A stretch of DNA of 63,315 nucleotides, filler included, from Choristocarpus tenellus KU-1152 (lineage: Eukaryota > Protista > Phaeophyceae), in the NCBI GenBank assembly GCA_964200185.2. It is 10 parts of 10 records of this genome, joined end to end, with 100 filler letters (N's around TTAATTAATTAA, not from the genome) between each part and the next. Parts side by side here need not be neighbours in the genome. Positions count along the whole stretch, not along the records: positions 41,804 to 53,402 come from CAXNAD020002228.1; positions 53,503 to 57,401 come from CAXNAD020017264.1; positions 57,502 to 60,631 come from CAXNAD020022111.1; positions 60,732 to 63,315 come from CAXNAD020026545.1; 6 more parts are not named here. One strand, written 5' to 3'. Both the position numbers and the translations under genes were made by a program. Position 1 is the stretch's first letter, and the number at the start of each line of letters is the position of its first letter. The notes under the pieces were generated by a model, which did no database searches, was not told where the DNA came from, and saw only the letters and a list, made by a program, of their open reading frames with translations. Below, piece after piece: positions 49,301 to 60,988 of the stretch.

Positions 49301-51256
49301 CACAACCCTTCACTCGTGTCCGAAAGCAAACTTGCCCAGTACTATTGCACAGTGTCTTAGGTGTCCTACTCACATACTGGTCGGGCCCAGCCAGTGCCAC
49401 TGCCCAATAGGTGTAGTTACCCACAGGCATGAGGAATGCAACATTGCCGGGGTCCTGCATCAAGAACTGGTGCAATCGAGACCGCATGAGGAGGGGGCAT
49501 GCTTTATGTGAGACTGTGCCCACAAACCACACCACCTCTGCATCCCTTGGGGGATCCAAGTCTGCCCAAGTAGGGTTGTGTAGAGTCGGGTCAAGTGGGG
49601 GCAGGAAGGGGGAGGGCATTAACCATGGTTTGAGCCTGGGGCGACGGTGCTCAATCGCCACTATTAAATACCAACGATGAGCTCAGAGTTGGACCTATTA
49701 TTTTTGTCAAATCTTTGGGTCGGTACAATACATATATATATACATACACATCAAGCTTGGTGAGGGCTTGGGCTAGGTTGTTAGGGAAGTGTTAGGGTGC
49801 AGAGAGGGCTATCACGTTACATTGCACTGTATCGGCTACTCAATCAAGTGCGTATTCATTCCAAGTGGGCATGGCAGTTTATGGTGAAAAAATGGAGATA
49901 AAACAGGGGATTTGAGGACCGCTCGACTAATGGCTGTAGACTGCACCTATCAACTCACCACCAAGCTGCTTTCGAACCACACTCCTTAGTCCATCAGCCC
50001 CAATCACCAGTCCAGCAGTCACCACCTCTCCCTCTCCCTCTTCCCCTTTCAAGTTCAGGTGCAGCTCAACACGCCCTCCATTGACATTAACACCACTGCT
50101 ACCGCCTCCAACCCCACGAGAAAAAGTGGTGGAGCTGCTGCCACCCTGGGGAGCAGGGGAAGGACGGACTCCCTTGCAGAGGGTTCCTGTTGATATGGTG
50201 CAGTCGTGCCGAAGGACACTCCTCCTGAGCGCGTTATGAAGGCTGGAGGATCGCAGGCATAGCAGTGGGTGCCCATACTCAGCCCGCTCATCACAGTAGT
50301 TAATGTGAGTGGCCTCGCATGTTGTGAACAAAGTTTCCTTGACCGCACTACGGGGATGACGTTGAGGGGGAAGGACGGGTTGGATGGGTAAGGGTTGTGT
50401 GTGTGAGGGGGAGATGGATTAGGTCCATTTATTCACTTTCGATCGCTCTTGTGCCACAGAATTTTTCCAGACGTACACAGGTGGTCATTTTTTCATGACC
50501 ACAAGAGCTCAGATAGTGGAAATAACTTTCCGAAGGCGATAACTGCCTGCGGTGTAGATGAACATCGCCCACCTAGATATCTAAATTTGGCGTTAGTCCT
50601 GTGCCGAGGTAGCAGTACAGGATGAAATGGAACAGGGGCTTTCCTTCCTACTATCGGAAATTTACAGTTAGCAAAACTTCAGTCTGAGCACATCTCATGC
50701 TCACACTTTTCTTCTGGTGCATGTACCAACCAACCCTACGATTCCAGATGGGAGCTTACCTCCCAGCCCGGACCACCTCATCGTGCAAGTCAACATCCAT
50801 ACACCGCAATGCTCTCATCCCATTAGGCCACAGTGAGAGACCGAAATCTCCCTTCCCGATCCCCGACTCGGCCTCGTAAACAGTGGAGCTTACACCTGCT
50901 AGGGTCTGCAAGGCGAGGGCTGTGGCCATGCCCGCAACTCCTCCTCCCACTATGGCAACATCAAGCTGGGAAGTGCAAGACCGAACGAAAAATGAGCGAG
51001 ACAGAAGCGTCCAGGACTCAGTGTTCCTGTAGAAAGCGGTATGGCCGCAACAAAAGGAGTCCGTGCCGCAGATGGTGAAGCTTCCCTGTTAGTGGAATGT
51101 CCTACGCACGTAACCTAACTGATACAACTGTTGCAGTTGCATAATCTTACGATCACTCACCCCCTGCAGATGAGGCGGCGGCTTGGCTAGCGGAAAGGCA
51201 AGCGTTGGCACGAAGGCCGACGACATTATTGTGGCGAGTGCGAGCGTAGAAGTCAT
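46301..51256 (-). CDS. FAD-dependent monooxygenase (group A / FAD_binding_3), ~8 exons, likely plastid-targeted
   Basis: VAIVGGGVAG..YE (Rossmann), LWPNGMRAL, LVIGADGLRSVVR (DG motif), Q|DRP..IVLVGDAAHPGRPSLGQGANLALEDA (GD motif), ALREYDEARVDR. Exon 1 (51256-51161) encodes MTSTLALATIMSSAFVP. Confidence 0.88.
48299..48378. repeat. Perfect 40-bp tandem duplication in an intron
   Basis: CAAGTAGTAGACCACACTCGTTGTACTCGAAGGTACTCTG x2. Confidence 0.9.
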
Positions 51257-51590
51257 ATCCAGAACCTAGTATTGACCTTCTCGATTCCCAAGCTTGTATT
51301 AGCGAAACCCTCAGGTCCCCCCCTGCGTCCTCCCAACCTTTAAGGCACCACTCCTCAAATGCTCATGTAGTGCCTAATGTGGAAAATGGGCTCCTGTCTG
51401 CAAACTCCGTGTGATGGTCCTGACCCTTTCTCGAACTCCCTGAGATGCACACTATTTGTTTTGTTTGACCTCAACATCAACACTCAACAATGAACATGTC
51501 AACTAAGGTTAGGGTTTGATGAAAATAGGTTGGTGTCCAACTCAACCTCAAACACCACGACCTCGCCATACAAAGAGTCTCGACGGCTGG
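51257..51590. promoter_or_regulatory. Putative bidirectional promoter (monooxygenase / Tab2)
   Basis: Divergent ATGs ~335 bp apart. Confidence 0.5.
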
Positions 51591-53402
51591 ATGAAGCCGA
51601 AGCAAGCCCTCGTGCTGGGGTGCACCGTGGTACTGGCCTATACCCCCTACGTAGAAGCCTTTCTGAAATCCTTCAGCTTTGGAACACCTGGAACCTCATG
51701 TCGTCGGTGTAAACTTTCAATGAGACCGTCAGGGTTGACACAGGTTGCGGTGCGGAGAGCTCTTTCTAATGGCATGCATATGACATCTTCGGATGACAAT
51801 CCTACTGTAGTGCCAGCTCCTCCATCGGAGGAGTCGATTACAAAGCCAACAGCGCCGAAATCATTAGATTTACTGAAGGGGGAAACAACTGTTGTTCCTG
51901 GGGCGCAGATCAGCACAAATTGGGAACTTGATGTCTATTCCCGACCCGTGGTAGGAGCAGATGGAAAGAAACTGTGGGAACTACTGTTGTGTGACTCGTC
52001 GGGAAACTTTCGGCATGTGTCGCCAATCATGAGCAACATGGTCAACTCGCGAGAGGTGCGAAAGATCATCGAAGAAGTGATTGAGTCTGCGCCTGGGGGC
52101 AAGCGCCCAACAGTCATCCGATTCTTCCGTAATGCCATGTTCAACATGATGGCCATCGCCCTGGAAAATGTAGACGTTGGCGTGAAGCCCTGCCGAACGA
52201 CGTACGCGATGTACCAGTGGCTCGAAGAGCGCGAGAGGGAGGTTTACCCTACCATGCCAGGGTACAAGCCAAGCATGAAGCAACCGTCCATCTTCGACAT
52301 CAGAGTGAGCACTGCATTTCATGTGACTGCATCCTTATTAGAAAAGAAGTATATGAGTTTTGGAAAGCACTGACTACAAGTATATGAGTTGCTGGTGGGC
52401 TCGTGAGTCAGTCCTGGTGTTGGCCTAGAGGCATCGTCGATTTGGATAGACTGAACAGGACGTATGCTGTTGACTAAGTGTTAAAGCATTACCTTGTGTA
52501 GAATACACAACAATACCTGTCTCGAATCCCGATGTAGTTTCCAATTTTTCATACCGCGTACATGCCATGTATCTCTCAGACACCGATGCCGCTACCAGAT
52601 GCTCTACGAGGCGAGAAGTATGCCTTTGTCTCGCTTCCTGTGTCAGAGTTCCGCCAAGGCAACATAAATGACGAAAACATTGGTGTTGGCAGGTGAGGAT
52701 TTGCTGTACTGTATGAAGTGTTCATTTTGCGCCTCTTGACATGGTAGCGTAATTAGTTCAAGAAGACAAATCGTCTCCCTGACAATTAAAGGAGCTGGGG
52801 ATATGGAGGCAATATATTGATTGGGATTAGCAAGTCCCTCAACTGAATGCGACATCATTTGCTGCGCAAGAATAGAGACAATTTTCCAGGGAGCCCCTCC
52901 CCCACAAAATATCCTGTTCATTAGCCTTGGAACCCATTGTTGTGTGCTTAAGGTTTGTGACGGCATACAACTCACTGATGATGAGTTAGTCCATCATGTT
53001 CATCCATGAGGGCTCAAAGTATAAGTGCCTTATTGGTGCAGGTTTTACAATGACTGTGTAGTGCATTGCTCTGTCCAAATTTTTCTAGTGTAGTGTAGGC
53101 TATTTAAACTATAAATACTGTGCGCTGTTTTGTTCCACTCAAATCCTGGGTCAATATCAGCTTGCTTCCAGAGTACGCCCAGTACCCTTGGTGTGTGACC
53201 TATATCATTGTGTGCAGAGCCCTTCCCTGTGTCAAGTAAAATATCCAAGCAACTAACCAGCTCAGACGAAGGAGTAACTTTTTACTCTCTACCCATATAT
53301 ATCTATGCCCCCCTCACTGCACTTTGAGCACAGGGTCATCCTGCTTACCCCCCCCCCCCCGTTCATACCTTTATTCCTTGCAGGCTGTGCCCACTGGATA
53401 AG
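51591..53402 (+). CDS. TAB2: Tab2/ATAB2 plastid RNA-binding protein, 3' partial; exons 51591-52304, 52580-52692, 53384-53402
   Basis: WELDVYSRPV..GKKLWELLLCD..VNS..IRFFR..WLEEREREVYP.MPGY|P.PLPDALRGEKYAFVSLP; signal peptide ending VEA-F followed by a transit-like peptide. Confidence 0.93.
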
Positions 53403-53502
53403 NNNNNNNNNNNNNNNNNNNNNNNNNNNNNNNNNNNNNNNNNNNNTTAATTAATTAANNNNNNNNNNNNNNNNNNNNNNNNNNNNNNNNNNNNNNNNNN
53501 NN
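53403..53502. other. Artificial contig linker
   Basis: N44-TTAATTAATTAA-N44. Confidence 0.99.
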
Positions 53503-54547
53503 CCTAAAGAAATAAAATATCCTAAACGTGAGAACACTATAAAACACTCTAAGTGTGGAAACCACTAATCTATCAAATTGTTACTTGTGAAATGATTCAG
53601 CTTCAGTTATGACAATAGCTAATTGAAATTGAACCAATATTTCGAAACAAGTGTATAATTTCTATAATTGATACAATAAATGACAGAAGTACATATTTCA
53701 AGATAAGTTTTATTTTACTATGTTATACTACAATACCATACAACACTTGAAAAAGTTGAGGCCATTTGTGAACCTAAAATGTTTATTATTGCCTTGTATC
53801 ATATATGCACCTGATTTTTTATTCCTCGTCCGATTTGCTGAATTGATTGTGTGAATAGCATCTTCCTCTCGTCATCTATGGTATAGGTCCAAGTATATTT
53901 TAACTTTAAGAAAAAATATTAAAAAATGCTGTTTATAACGGTTTGTATAGTTCTAGTTGTATTTTATTATTATGCTCTCTGACATTTTGTAGATGTGTCA
54001 GGGGAAAAACCAATGAAAATTATTCGCATGTCTGAAAAATCCCTAAAAAAGTAACAGTTGTCATAAATGTGAAAAAAAAATGATCAATTTACTGTTTTAC
54101 TACCACGTATGCTGTACCACTGACTTCCTACGGTTGTATTCTTATTATTATGCCCTCTGATATTTTGGAGATGTGCCAGGGGAAAACTACTGAAAACTAT
54201 TCACATGCCTGAAAAATCCCTAAAGATGTAACAGTTGCCACAAATGTGAAAAATATTAATCTATTTCCTATTTTACTACTATATATGTTGTACTACTGCC
54301 TTCCTGTATATCTAACCTATTCCTGCACCCCAGGGTGAGGACCTAGGTAAGCATCCCAAGAATCTAACAAGCCCCTCCTTGCCCATCTCCCTGGTGACTC
54401 CAGGTTAAAACGTATCACCCGTCTAGATAGGGCTACTTGCGTTGTGACTGACACTATCTGGCATAGGCGGGATTTGACGACTCCTTCTCTGCTGTAGCCT
54501 CCAGTTCTTCTCCCCCCTACCACGTGTGTAGCTAGCTCTAAATGTAT

Positions 54548-54770
54548 TGTGGGAAGCACGTTAGTAAGTTATTATACCGTTATTTCTGTATACCATATAC
54601 CGGTATACCGATTGAGGTTCCTTGTCAAGAATCCATCATTCCAGTGGGGAATCTTCCGTGAGAATGTATCCATGGAATCTCTTCAAGAGACCAGTTTCAC
54701 AGATATGGGACTGCTCTTCTTTCAGGGTGTCGAACATGAAAGATTCACTTCGTTCTCACGTCTAGACTTT
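54548..54770. repeat. LTR-like repeat family C, left half
   Basis: Aligns with 58047-58285. Confidence 0.75.
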
Positions 54771-54839
54771 ACACGATTCATAGTATCACATTTTCAGTTG
54801 GTGATAGCATGAGTACTAATACTAGATAAAACGTATAAA

Positions 54840-55680
54840 TACCTGGTAATTCTTCTCTTTACTTTTTCCGACCCTTTTCCGCATGTCCGATGATGTTCCT
54901 CCTACAATTAACGATATTTTGGCATGCTGATATCCGATATTATTACTTACCATGATTCCGTAAGACGTATCAAATTTATGTGATGAAGTGGGCATACTTC
55001 ATGTAACTATTGGAGAATACTTAAACAGCTATAACAATAGAAAACCAGTTTGAAACAGCACCACCTCACATTTTTTGACAATCCACTTTCAGAAAAATGT
55101 GGATATCAACGCAGCCAAGAAAGCTCCCAATACACAAGATGAACACATTGTAATCATAACGAGCCAAAGCAACTGAAGAGGTAGGCAGGTTTGGACCCTT
55201 TTACATTCTAAGTCATCTCTCTTTCCCTGTGCAATACACTCTATTTCATTGCACATGCGCTCAATAGTGTACACAATATTGATTTTGCTCCTTTCCAAAC
55301 ACAATGTGACACCACAACTCATCAATGGCTCCTTCTGCAATTGTATAATATGACATATTTTTCCCTTTCTCAGGATCCTTAAAATGCAACCCTGCCTACC
55401 TCTCAATTGGCTCAACAATAAAATATATAGCGCAAATGCCTCGTCTGATGTATAAACATGTATATGTAGATTTTTACAAGGAGTTGAATTGATCATATTT
55501 TACAAGAACTGTAACAGCAGACAATTAGAAAATATTGAATTGGTAACGAATAATCAAATAGTCACTTTTCTCTGACAACAGAACCTACCTATTCCACCAA
55601 TCCCAGTCATGGACATCGAAAACTCAAGTAGTTTGACAACCATGTTAAAAAGATACTACGAGTACCACAGTAAGATTCCT
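54840..55680 (-). pseudogene. Possible decayed Harbinger-like transposase
   Basis: Ordered fragments DWDWW, TSDEAFALYIL, EGAIDE..CHI, IGSFLGCVDIHIF and NCRRNIIGHA (cf. S.EE.LA, GAIDG.HI, GS.HD..IF, R..IE.AFG). Confidence 0.4.
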
Positions 55681-57401
55681 CACAGTTAAGTTTCATGGAG
55701 ATCGGGTTACAGTCCAAGGTACCATGGGTTGTTTTCATGATACAACTTCTCGATTGGACAGTACAATTAATGCATGCCTAAATATCTGCCCGGGATATTG
55801 CATGCACTATGGAGGACGGTATACTCAAAAATAGGTATACAAGCCCCCCAAAATTATATTATCACAAAGACGTATATTAACTGAGTTGGCTACACATGCA
55901 GTAGGGGGTAGAGGGGCGGGAGGTTTAAGCAAGAACGGGGTTATCAAATCCCACTTATGACAGATAGTGTCTGTCATTGCACAAGTGACTCTCTCAAGAC
56001 GTGTCATGTGTTTCAAGCTGGAGACACCTGGCAGATGGGCAAGGAGTAGGCTATCAGATAGTTGGGATGCTTCCCTAGCTCCTCAACCAGTAGTTGTGTA
56101 GGACTAAGCTAGGTTGGAGGCATATCATCAGTGTACACGTAACATTGCAATTTCCAAGCTTTAGTGGAGAGTTTGTAGTATAGCTGATATTCAAATAGAA
56201 AATAGATTTTAGAGAGATATCTTTCACATTTGCGACAAATGTTCCCCTTACAGGGGTCTTGTCATATTGGTTTGACTTTTTCCCTGACACATCTGCAAAA
56301 TGTCATGTCAGAGGGCATAATAATATGTATGGACTGGGTTTATCATATGCTCGCATGTGTAGATGTTGAATTTGGAATGCAACTCCTCATTACTACTATA
56401 ATAAATAGTAGAATTATATCGTGTGAAAAATTGTTGTACTACTGACTGTATGTAGTTGTTCGTTGTGAGCATCTGACTTTATATAGCATAACAGTATGTA
56501 ATGCTTATGTAAGATCATCACCAGAAGAAGTGGTGATATGTAAAGTACATTGAAAGCTAGTTGTGACAGAGTTTCAGAATTTCCTGCAAACATGAATCAT
56601 AATACATCCAATGTTTCTCCCCTCCTTACACCATCCTGGTATAATAGGTAAATTGGGAAGGGGGACATTGGATCCAGGGTAGGAGTTTATTTAAATTATG
56701 TAATAGGAGGGGAAGGAGGAGGAGAGTAGTAGGTGGAGTCGTAGTAGCAGTAGTAGTAGTATGGGAACTACAGGGTATTTGTGTGGCGTTAGGTAGTGGT
56801 ATGTCGTGATATGTGTCTTGTGTAGTTTTCTTATTCGAATTACTAAGAACTAATAATGTCAATAAACAGATAACCATGGAAATTTACGACAAAATTTACG
56901 ACAAATGTTACTTTTACAGGGGTCTGTATCATTTTGGTTTGACTTTTTCCCTGACACATCTAGAAAATGATAGAGGGGATAATAATATATAATTATGGGA
57001 AGGGCGTGTTGAGGGGGTAAATTTTGAAATTGGATTTAGAAATATGGTACAATGTTTTGTAATTGAGCGGAATATTTTGTATCAAACTTGAAAGGTATAC
57101 TAATAGATGATACAATGTCTTGTCCTTGAACAACGTGTTTCGTATTGGACTTAATGAGAAAAGGTATACTAATTATTTGTGTTGTGAAACAGGAGAAAGA
57201 ATCTGTCAATTTAATGTTAACAATAATAACCGTGGATTTTAAAATTGAGGATGGAGCGTATACTATTGAGGATGGTTTTGACCGAAAATGGTGCGGAAAA
57301 AGTGCCGATAAGTTTTTTTTTGTAAATGTTGCGGCACTTTTTAAGGAACCCCTTTTTGAATGGGAACCCGTGCCGGATGTGGTAGTAGTACAGTGTGTGG
57401 G

Positions 57402-57501
57402 NNNNNNNNNNNNNNNNNNNNNNNNNNNNNNNNNNNNNNNNNNNNTTAATTAATTAANNNNNNNNNNNNNNNNNNNNNNNNNNNNNNNNNNNNNNNNNNN
57501 N
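57402..57501. other. Artificial contig linker
   Basis: N44-TTAATTAATTAA-N44. Confidence 0.99.
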
Positions 57502-57578
57502 TACATCCAGATTATATATGGAATTTGTTTATTATTATTCATTCCCTTTCGCTATTTTGAAATAGATAGCGAAAACAC

Positions 57579-57648
<70 letters not shown>
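57579..57648. repeat. (AAT)n microsatellite
   Basis: Seen directly. Confidence 0.97.
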
Positions 57649-57650
<2 letters not shown>

Positions 57651-58046
57651 CAATGAGAAGACATCCCACAAAGGACACTCTTCTAATTTCAACCATCCAT
57701 TCTTTTCACGTTCAGCGAAAGGGGTCGTGTGAGGCTTCACACCTTATCTTCACTACTACTGACAAATAGCATTATTACCTCCCAAGGTAATTTGCACAAT
57801 GTCCACTGGGTAATTTTACCGGTCCGAGTTCGAATCCGTCAGCCAGACCCGGTCTAGCATACTCTAACATGTCCAGACCATATCCAGTGGGTAATTGTAC
57901 CAGTCTGAGTCCGCCAGCCGAACACTAACATTTTTTTCTGGCTTGTCCAGACTATACCATCCCTATCGTACTAGTCCAACAGTGAAAAGTATGTACTTGC
58001 ACATGTTGGAGGACAAGCTATACTCTAGTATGTAAGTAATAAATAC

Positions 58047-58498
58047 TGTGGAAAGCACATTTGTCTGTTATTATACTGTCATTGCCCTATGCCATACATC
58101 GTTATATTGATATACTGCTATTATGGTTGAGGTTCCTTGTCAGGAATCCGTGATTCCAGTGAGGCATCTTCCATGAGAATGACTCCATGGAACCTCTTCG
58201 AGAGACCAGTTCCACAAATATGGGACTACTCTTCATTCAGAGCTGTTAAACATGAAATATTCACTTTGTTCTCACATCTTGACATTTGTGATGATCCCCT
58301 CTCACAAAAACCTCAGTCAACCAGTCAGTCTCCACAGTTTTTGTTCAAGTCCTTGCAGTCTTATACTTGTCCAACCTTAACCTCGTCCTCTCAGTTACAG
58401 TTCATCTTGGCCCATCTGGGCCGTCTTGCCCGGTGATTCTCTTCACCTCCCTTCCTTGCCTGAGTGAACCACAACGCCACAGAATCATACCATTCATA
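58047..58498. mobile_element. Full-length (~450 bp) family C copy; probable solo LTR
   Basis: Starts TGTGG. Ends TTCATA here and TTCACA in other copies (TG..CA termini). No clean TSD seen. Confidence 0.6.
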
Positions 58499-58595
58499 AT
58501 GCCACTAATTCAAATCATCTTTGCACTTCCTTAGTTTGAAATCATGAACATATAATGCAAGGAAACATACATGCATGTAATTTTTTTTTGTATTA

Positions 58596-58767
58596 CGGCT
58601 CAAAGTATCTGGTGGGGGGGTGGCGGGTGTCCATTTCGAGTCCATTTTTCCATATCTTGATTTTTGTGTGATTTGGTTGCATGCGTCACTTCTCCTGGTC
58701 AATGCCCGAATGGGCAACCCTGATGTAGTCCCCCCTCCCCCTCCCCCCTTCCAGATACTTTGAGCCT
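58596..58767. mobile_element. MITE family B full copy (~170 bp), TA-flanked
   Basis: TA|CGGCTCAAAGTATCTGG...CCAGATACTTTGAGCCT|TA. Confidence 0.8.
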
Positions 58768-59667
58768 TACTATTTACTATTTGCACATTTTATTCTTGAT
58801 GAATGAGTGTCAAAATACAGTTTATGGTGCCATAATACATCTTGCAGTCACAAATCACCTCAGCCACCCAAACACCAAACACACAACAATGAAATTCTGT
58901 TCGTTGAATTTTTGAAATGGTCTATCCAAAATATTTTCTCTGTTGGGAATTAGAATAACAGTACTTTCGGAAGCTCCGTTCTTGGCTGGGAATGACCCAC
59001 GTGATAAACACTCTTGGCGAGGCATAGTTCTCATATAAATTGGGGGGCGTGCAAAGTTTGAGATTGTGGACTGTCATGACTGTTGACGACCACCAGTGCA
59101 GAGTCAGTCAAGTCACATTTGACGGGGTTCATGTTCGTGGGTAGTGCTGCTGATACACTATAGACACCACCAGTGGAGTAGATAATAGGATGGAGAGCCA
59201 GTGATAGATATACCATATATGTATTGACTCACTAGTGTCCATTGATTTGTGTCATGTTCAAGATACGCTTACTATACTGAAGACAAGTAAATCAGTGATT
59301 CATAGTAATTTGTGTGGACGATTGCAAACCCCATACTATAGGAATAGTAATGGGCGCCACCAGTTTTGAGCCCCATGAGTTCAGTCAGCGGAATTGAGAC
59401 CATTAGCCCCTTGTAACATTAATATTATATTTTTTCACCAAGCCACGTATTGTCCTCTACCAAGGCACACAACCGCGAGTCCAGTGAGGAATATTTCAAC
59501 AGTTCAAAACTCGTGAAACTGTCTAAGCTGGTGTTTATTGGGATGCTTAGGACAAAGGCTCATCGTTATTTGAACGGCTCACTCATCCTATCATCACCTG
59601 TCGATCCCAATTCTTCGGCCCAGAAGTCTGTCCGGTTCCAGACTCAAACACCCTGACAAAAAACAGC

Positions 59668-60631
59668 ATGGTAGCTCAATGCCTGGAGGCCAAAGAAGGG
59701 TGCAAGACTCGGATGCCTCGGGGGACAGCAGTGTTCATTACAGAGGACTTCGGAATTTCCCAAATCACCGTGTTGAGTCATCTGAAGGAGTATGACCGCC
59801 AGATCGCACGGGGTGAATGCATAGACCTTGTACAACTTAGCAAGGGGCGATGTGGTCACTGTACAAGTATCCTCAATCTTTGGTATATCCCATCGGCACA
59901 CCGCACATCCTTTCACAAATGGGCGGCCAAAGCTGGGGTCTCCCTTGCATCATTGTGGGATCTGTGTAAGTACGAGAAGGTGAAGAAGATCAAGCGGTCG
60001 ATTAAACCAGTCCTCTCATACCGGCAGAAAATCAACAGGGTGGGTTACATCATCAGTCAAAAGCACAGGAGGGGGGGGAGTGGACGATCTATATGACCGA
60101 GGTGCATGTGGACAAGAAGTGGCATTACATCCCTCTAAGATGGGCGAGGTGTGTATCTACACCCCACTGAGGAACCCCCCAATCCCCCACGGGCACAAAA
60201 TAAGTGTTACATTACAAAGGTGATGATCCTTGCAGCTGTGGACCGCCCTTGGGAACTTTCCAACGGGGTGTGTTTTGATGGGGAAATCGGGATCTGGCCA
60301 ATCGTGGACACCAATGTTGCCAACGCTTCAGCAAACACCACACCCCAAGGGTATCAAGGTGCTTGTGCCAGCCATGGTCGACGAAGAGAGGTAGAAGAAG
60401 CTCATGATCGAGGACGCCATCCCAGCAATCCAGACCCCCATACCTAGGTCGGAAGGACACACCATCTTCATGCAGCAGGGCGGGACAAAGCCACACACCA
60501 AGGGGGGAGACAATATTGTCATAGAGACCCAGCCAGCCAATTCACCTGACCTCAATGTCAACGGCGTGGGATTCATTTATTCCATCTAGCTACTCAAAGA
60601 ATACATGGGGGTGACCAACGCAGAGGAACTG
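59668..60631 (+). mobile_element. Plant-type mariner (DD39D-like) transposase pseudogene, truncated by contig end
   Basis: IKPVLS, VHVDKKW (VHIDEKW), ITKVMILAAVDRP, FDGEIGIWP, IFMQQGGTKPH (QQDNA.PH), QPANSPDLNV. Frameshifts present. Confidence 0.88.
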
Positions 60632-60731
60632 NNNNNNNNNNNNNNNNNNNNNNNNNNNNNNNNNNNNNNNNNNNNTTAATTAATTAANNNNNNNNNNNNN
60701 NNNNNNNNNNNNNNNNNNNNNNNNNNNNNNN
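60632..60731. other. Artificial contig linker
   Basis: N44-TTAATTAATTAA-N44. Confidence 0.99.
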
Positions 60732-60769
60732 CAATACCATAGACTTGGGACAACTTGTCATTCAAGTTG

Positions 60770-60988
60770 TCACACATGGAAGATCCGCTTTGTTCTCACG
60801 TCTTGACAGATGATGAAGCCCCATATTTGATGTTGCTCATCACTCCTAAGTTTGTACTTCTTGTCCAACCTTAACCTCGTACCCTCGATCACGGTTCGTC
60901 CTTGTTCGTGTGGTCCGTCTTGCCCGGTGATTCTCTTCGCCACCCTTGCCTGAGTGAACCACGCCGCCACAAAATCACACGATTCACA
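60770..60988. repeat. LTR-like repeat family C, right half
   Basis: Aligns with 58248-58498; ends TTCACA. Confidence 0.75.

Larger units (their letters stand above)
53940..56990. mobile_element. Foldback-like element: modular inverted arms (A-A-B ... B'-A'-A') around a decayed Harbinger-like ORF
   Basis: B at 54336-54540 vs inverted 55880-56086. A at ~53960-54070 and 54140-54250 vs inverted ~56235-56325 and 56900-56990. Confidence 0.55.

Noticed and set aside
46301-51256. Calling the monooxygenase zeaxanthin epoxidase
   Set aside because: Only the generic group A motifs are visible; I did not recognise ZEP-specific sequence.
10782-60731. Recurring TTAATTAATTAA within N runs as a biological motif, or a gene cluster spanning the window
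   Set aside because: These are identical synthetic six-frame-stop linkers; the contigs are not known neighbours.
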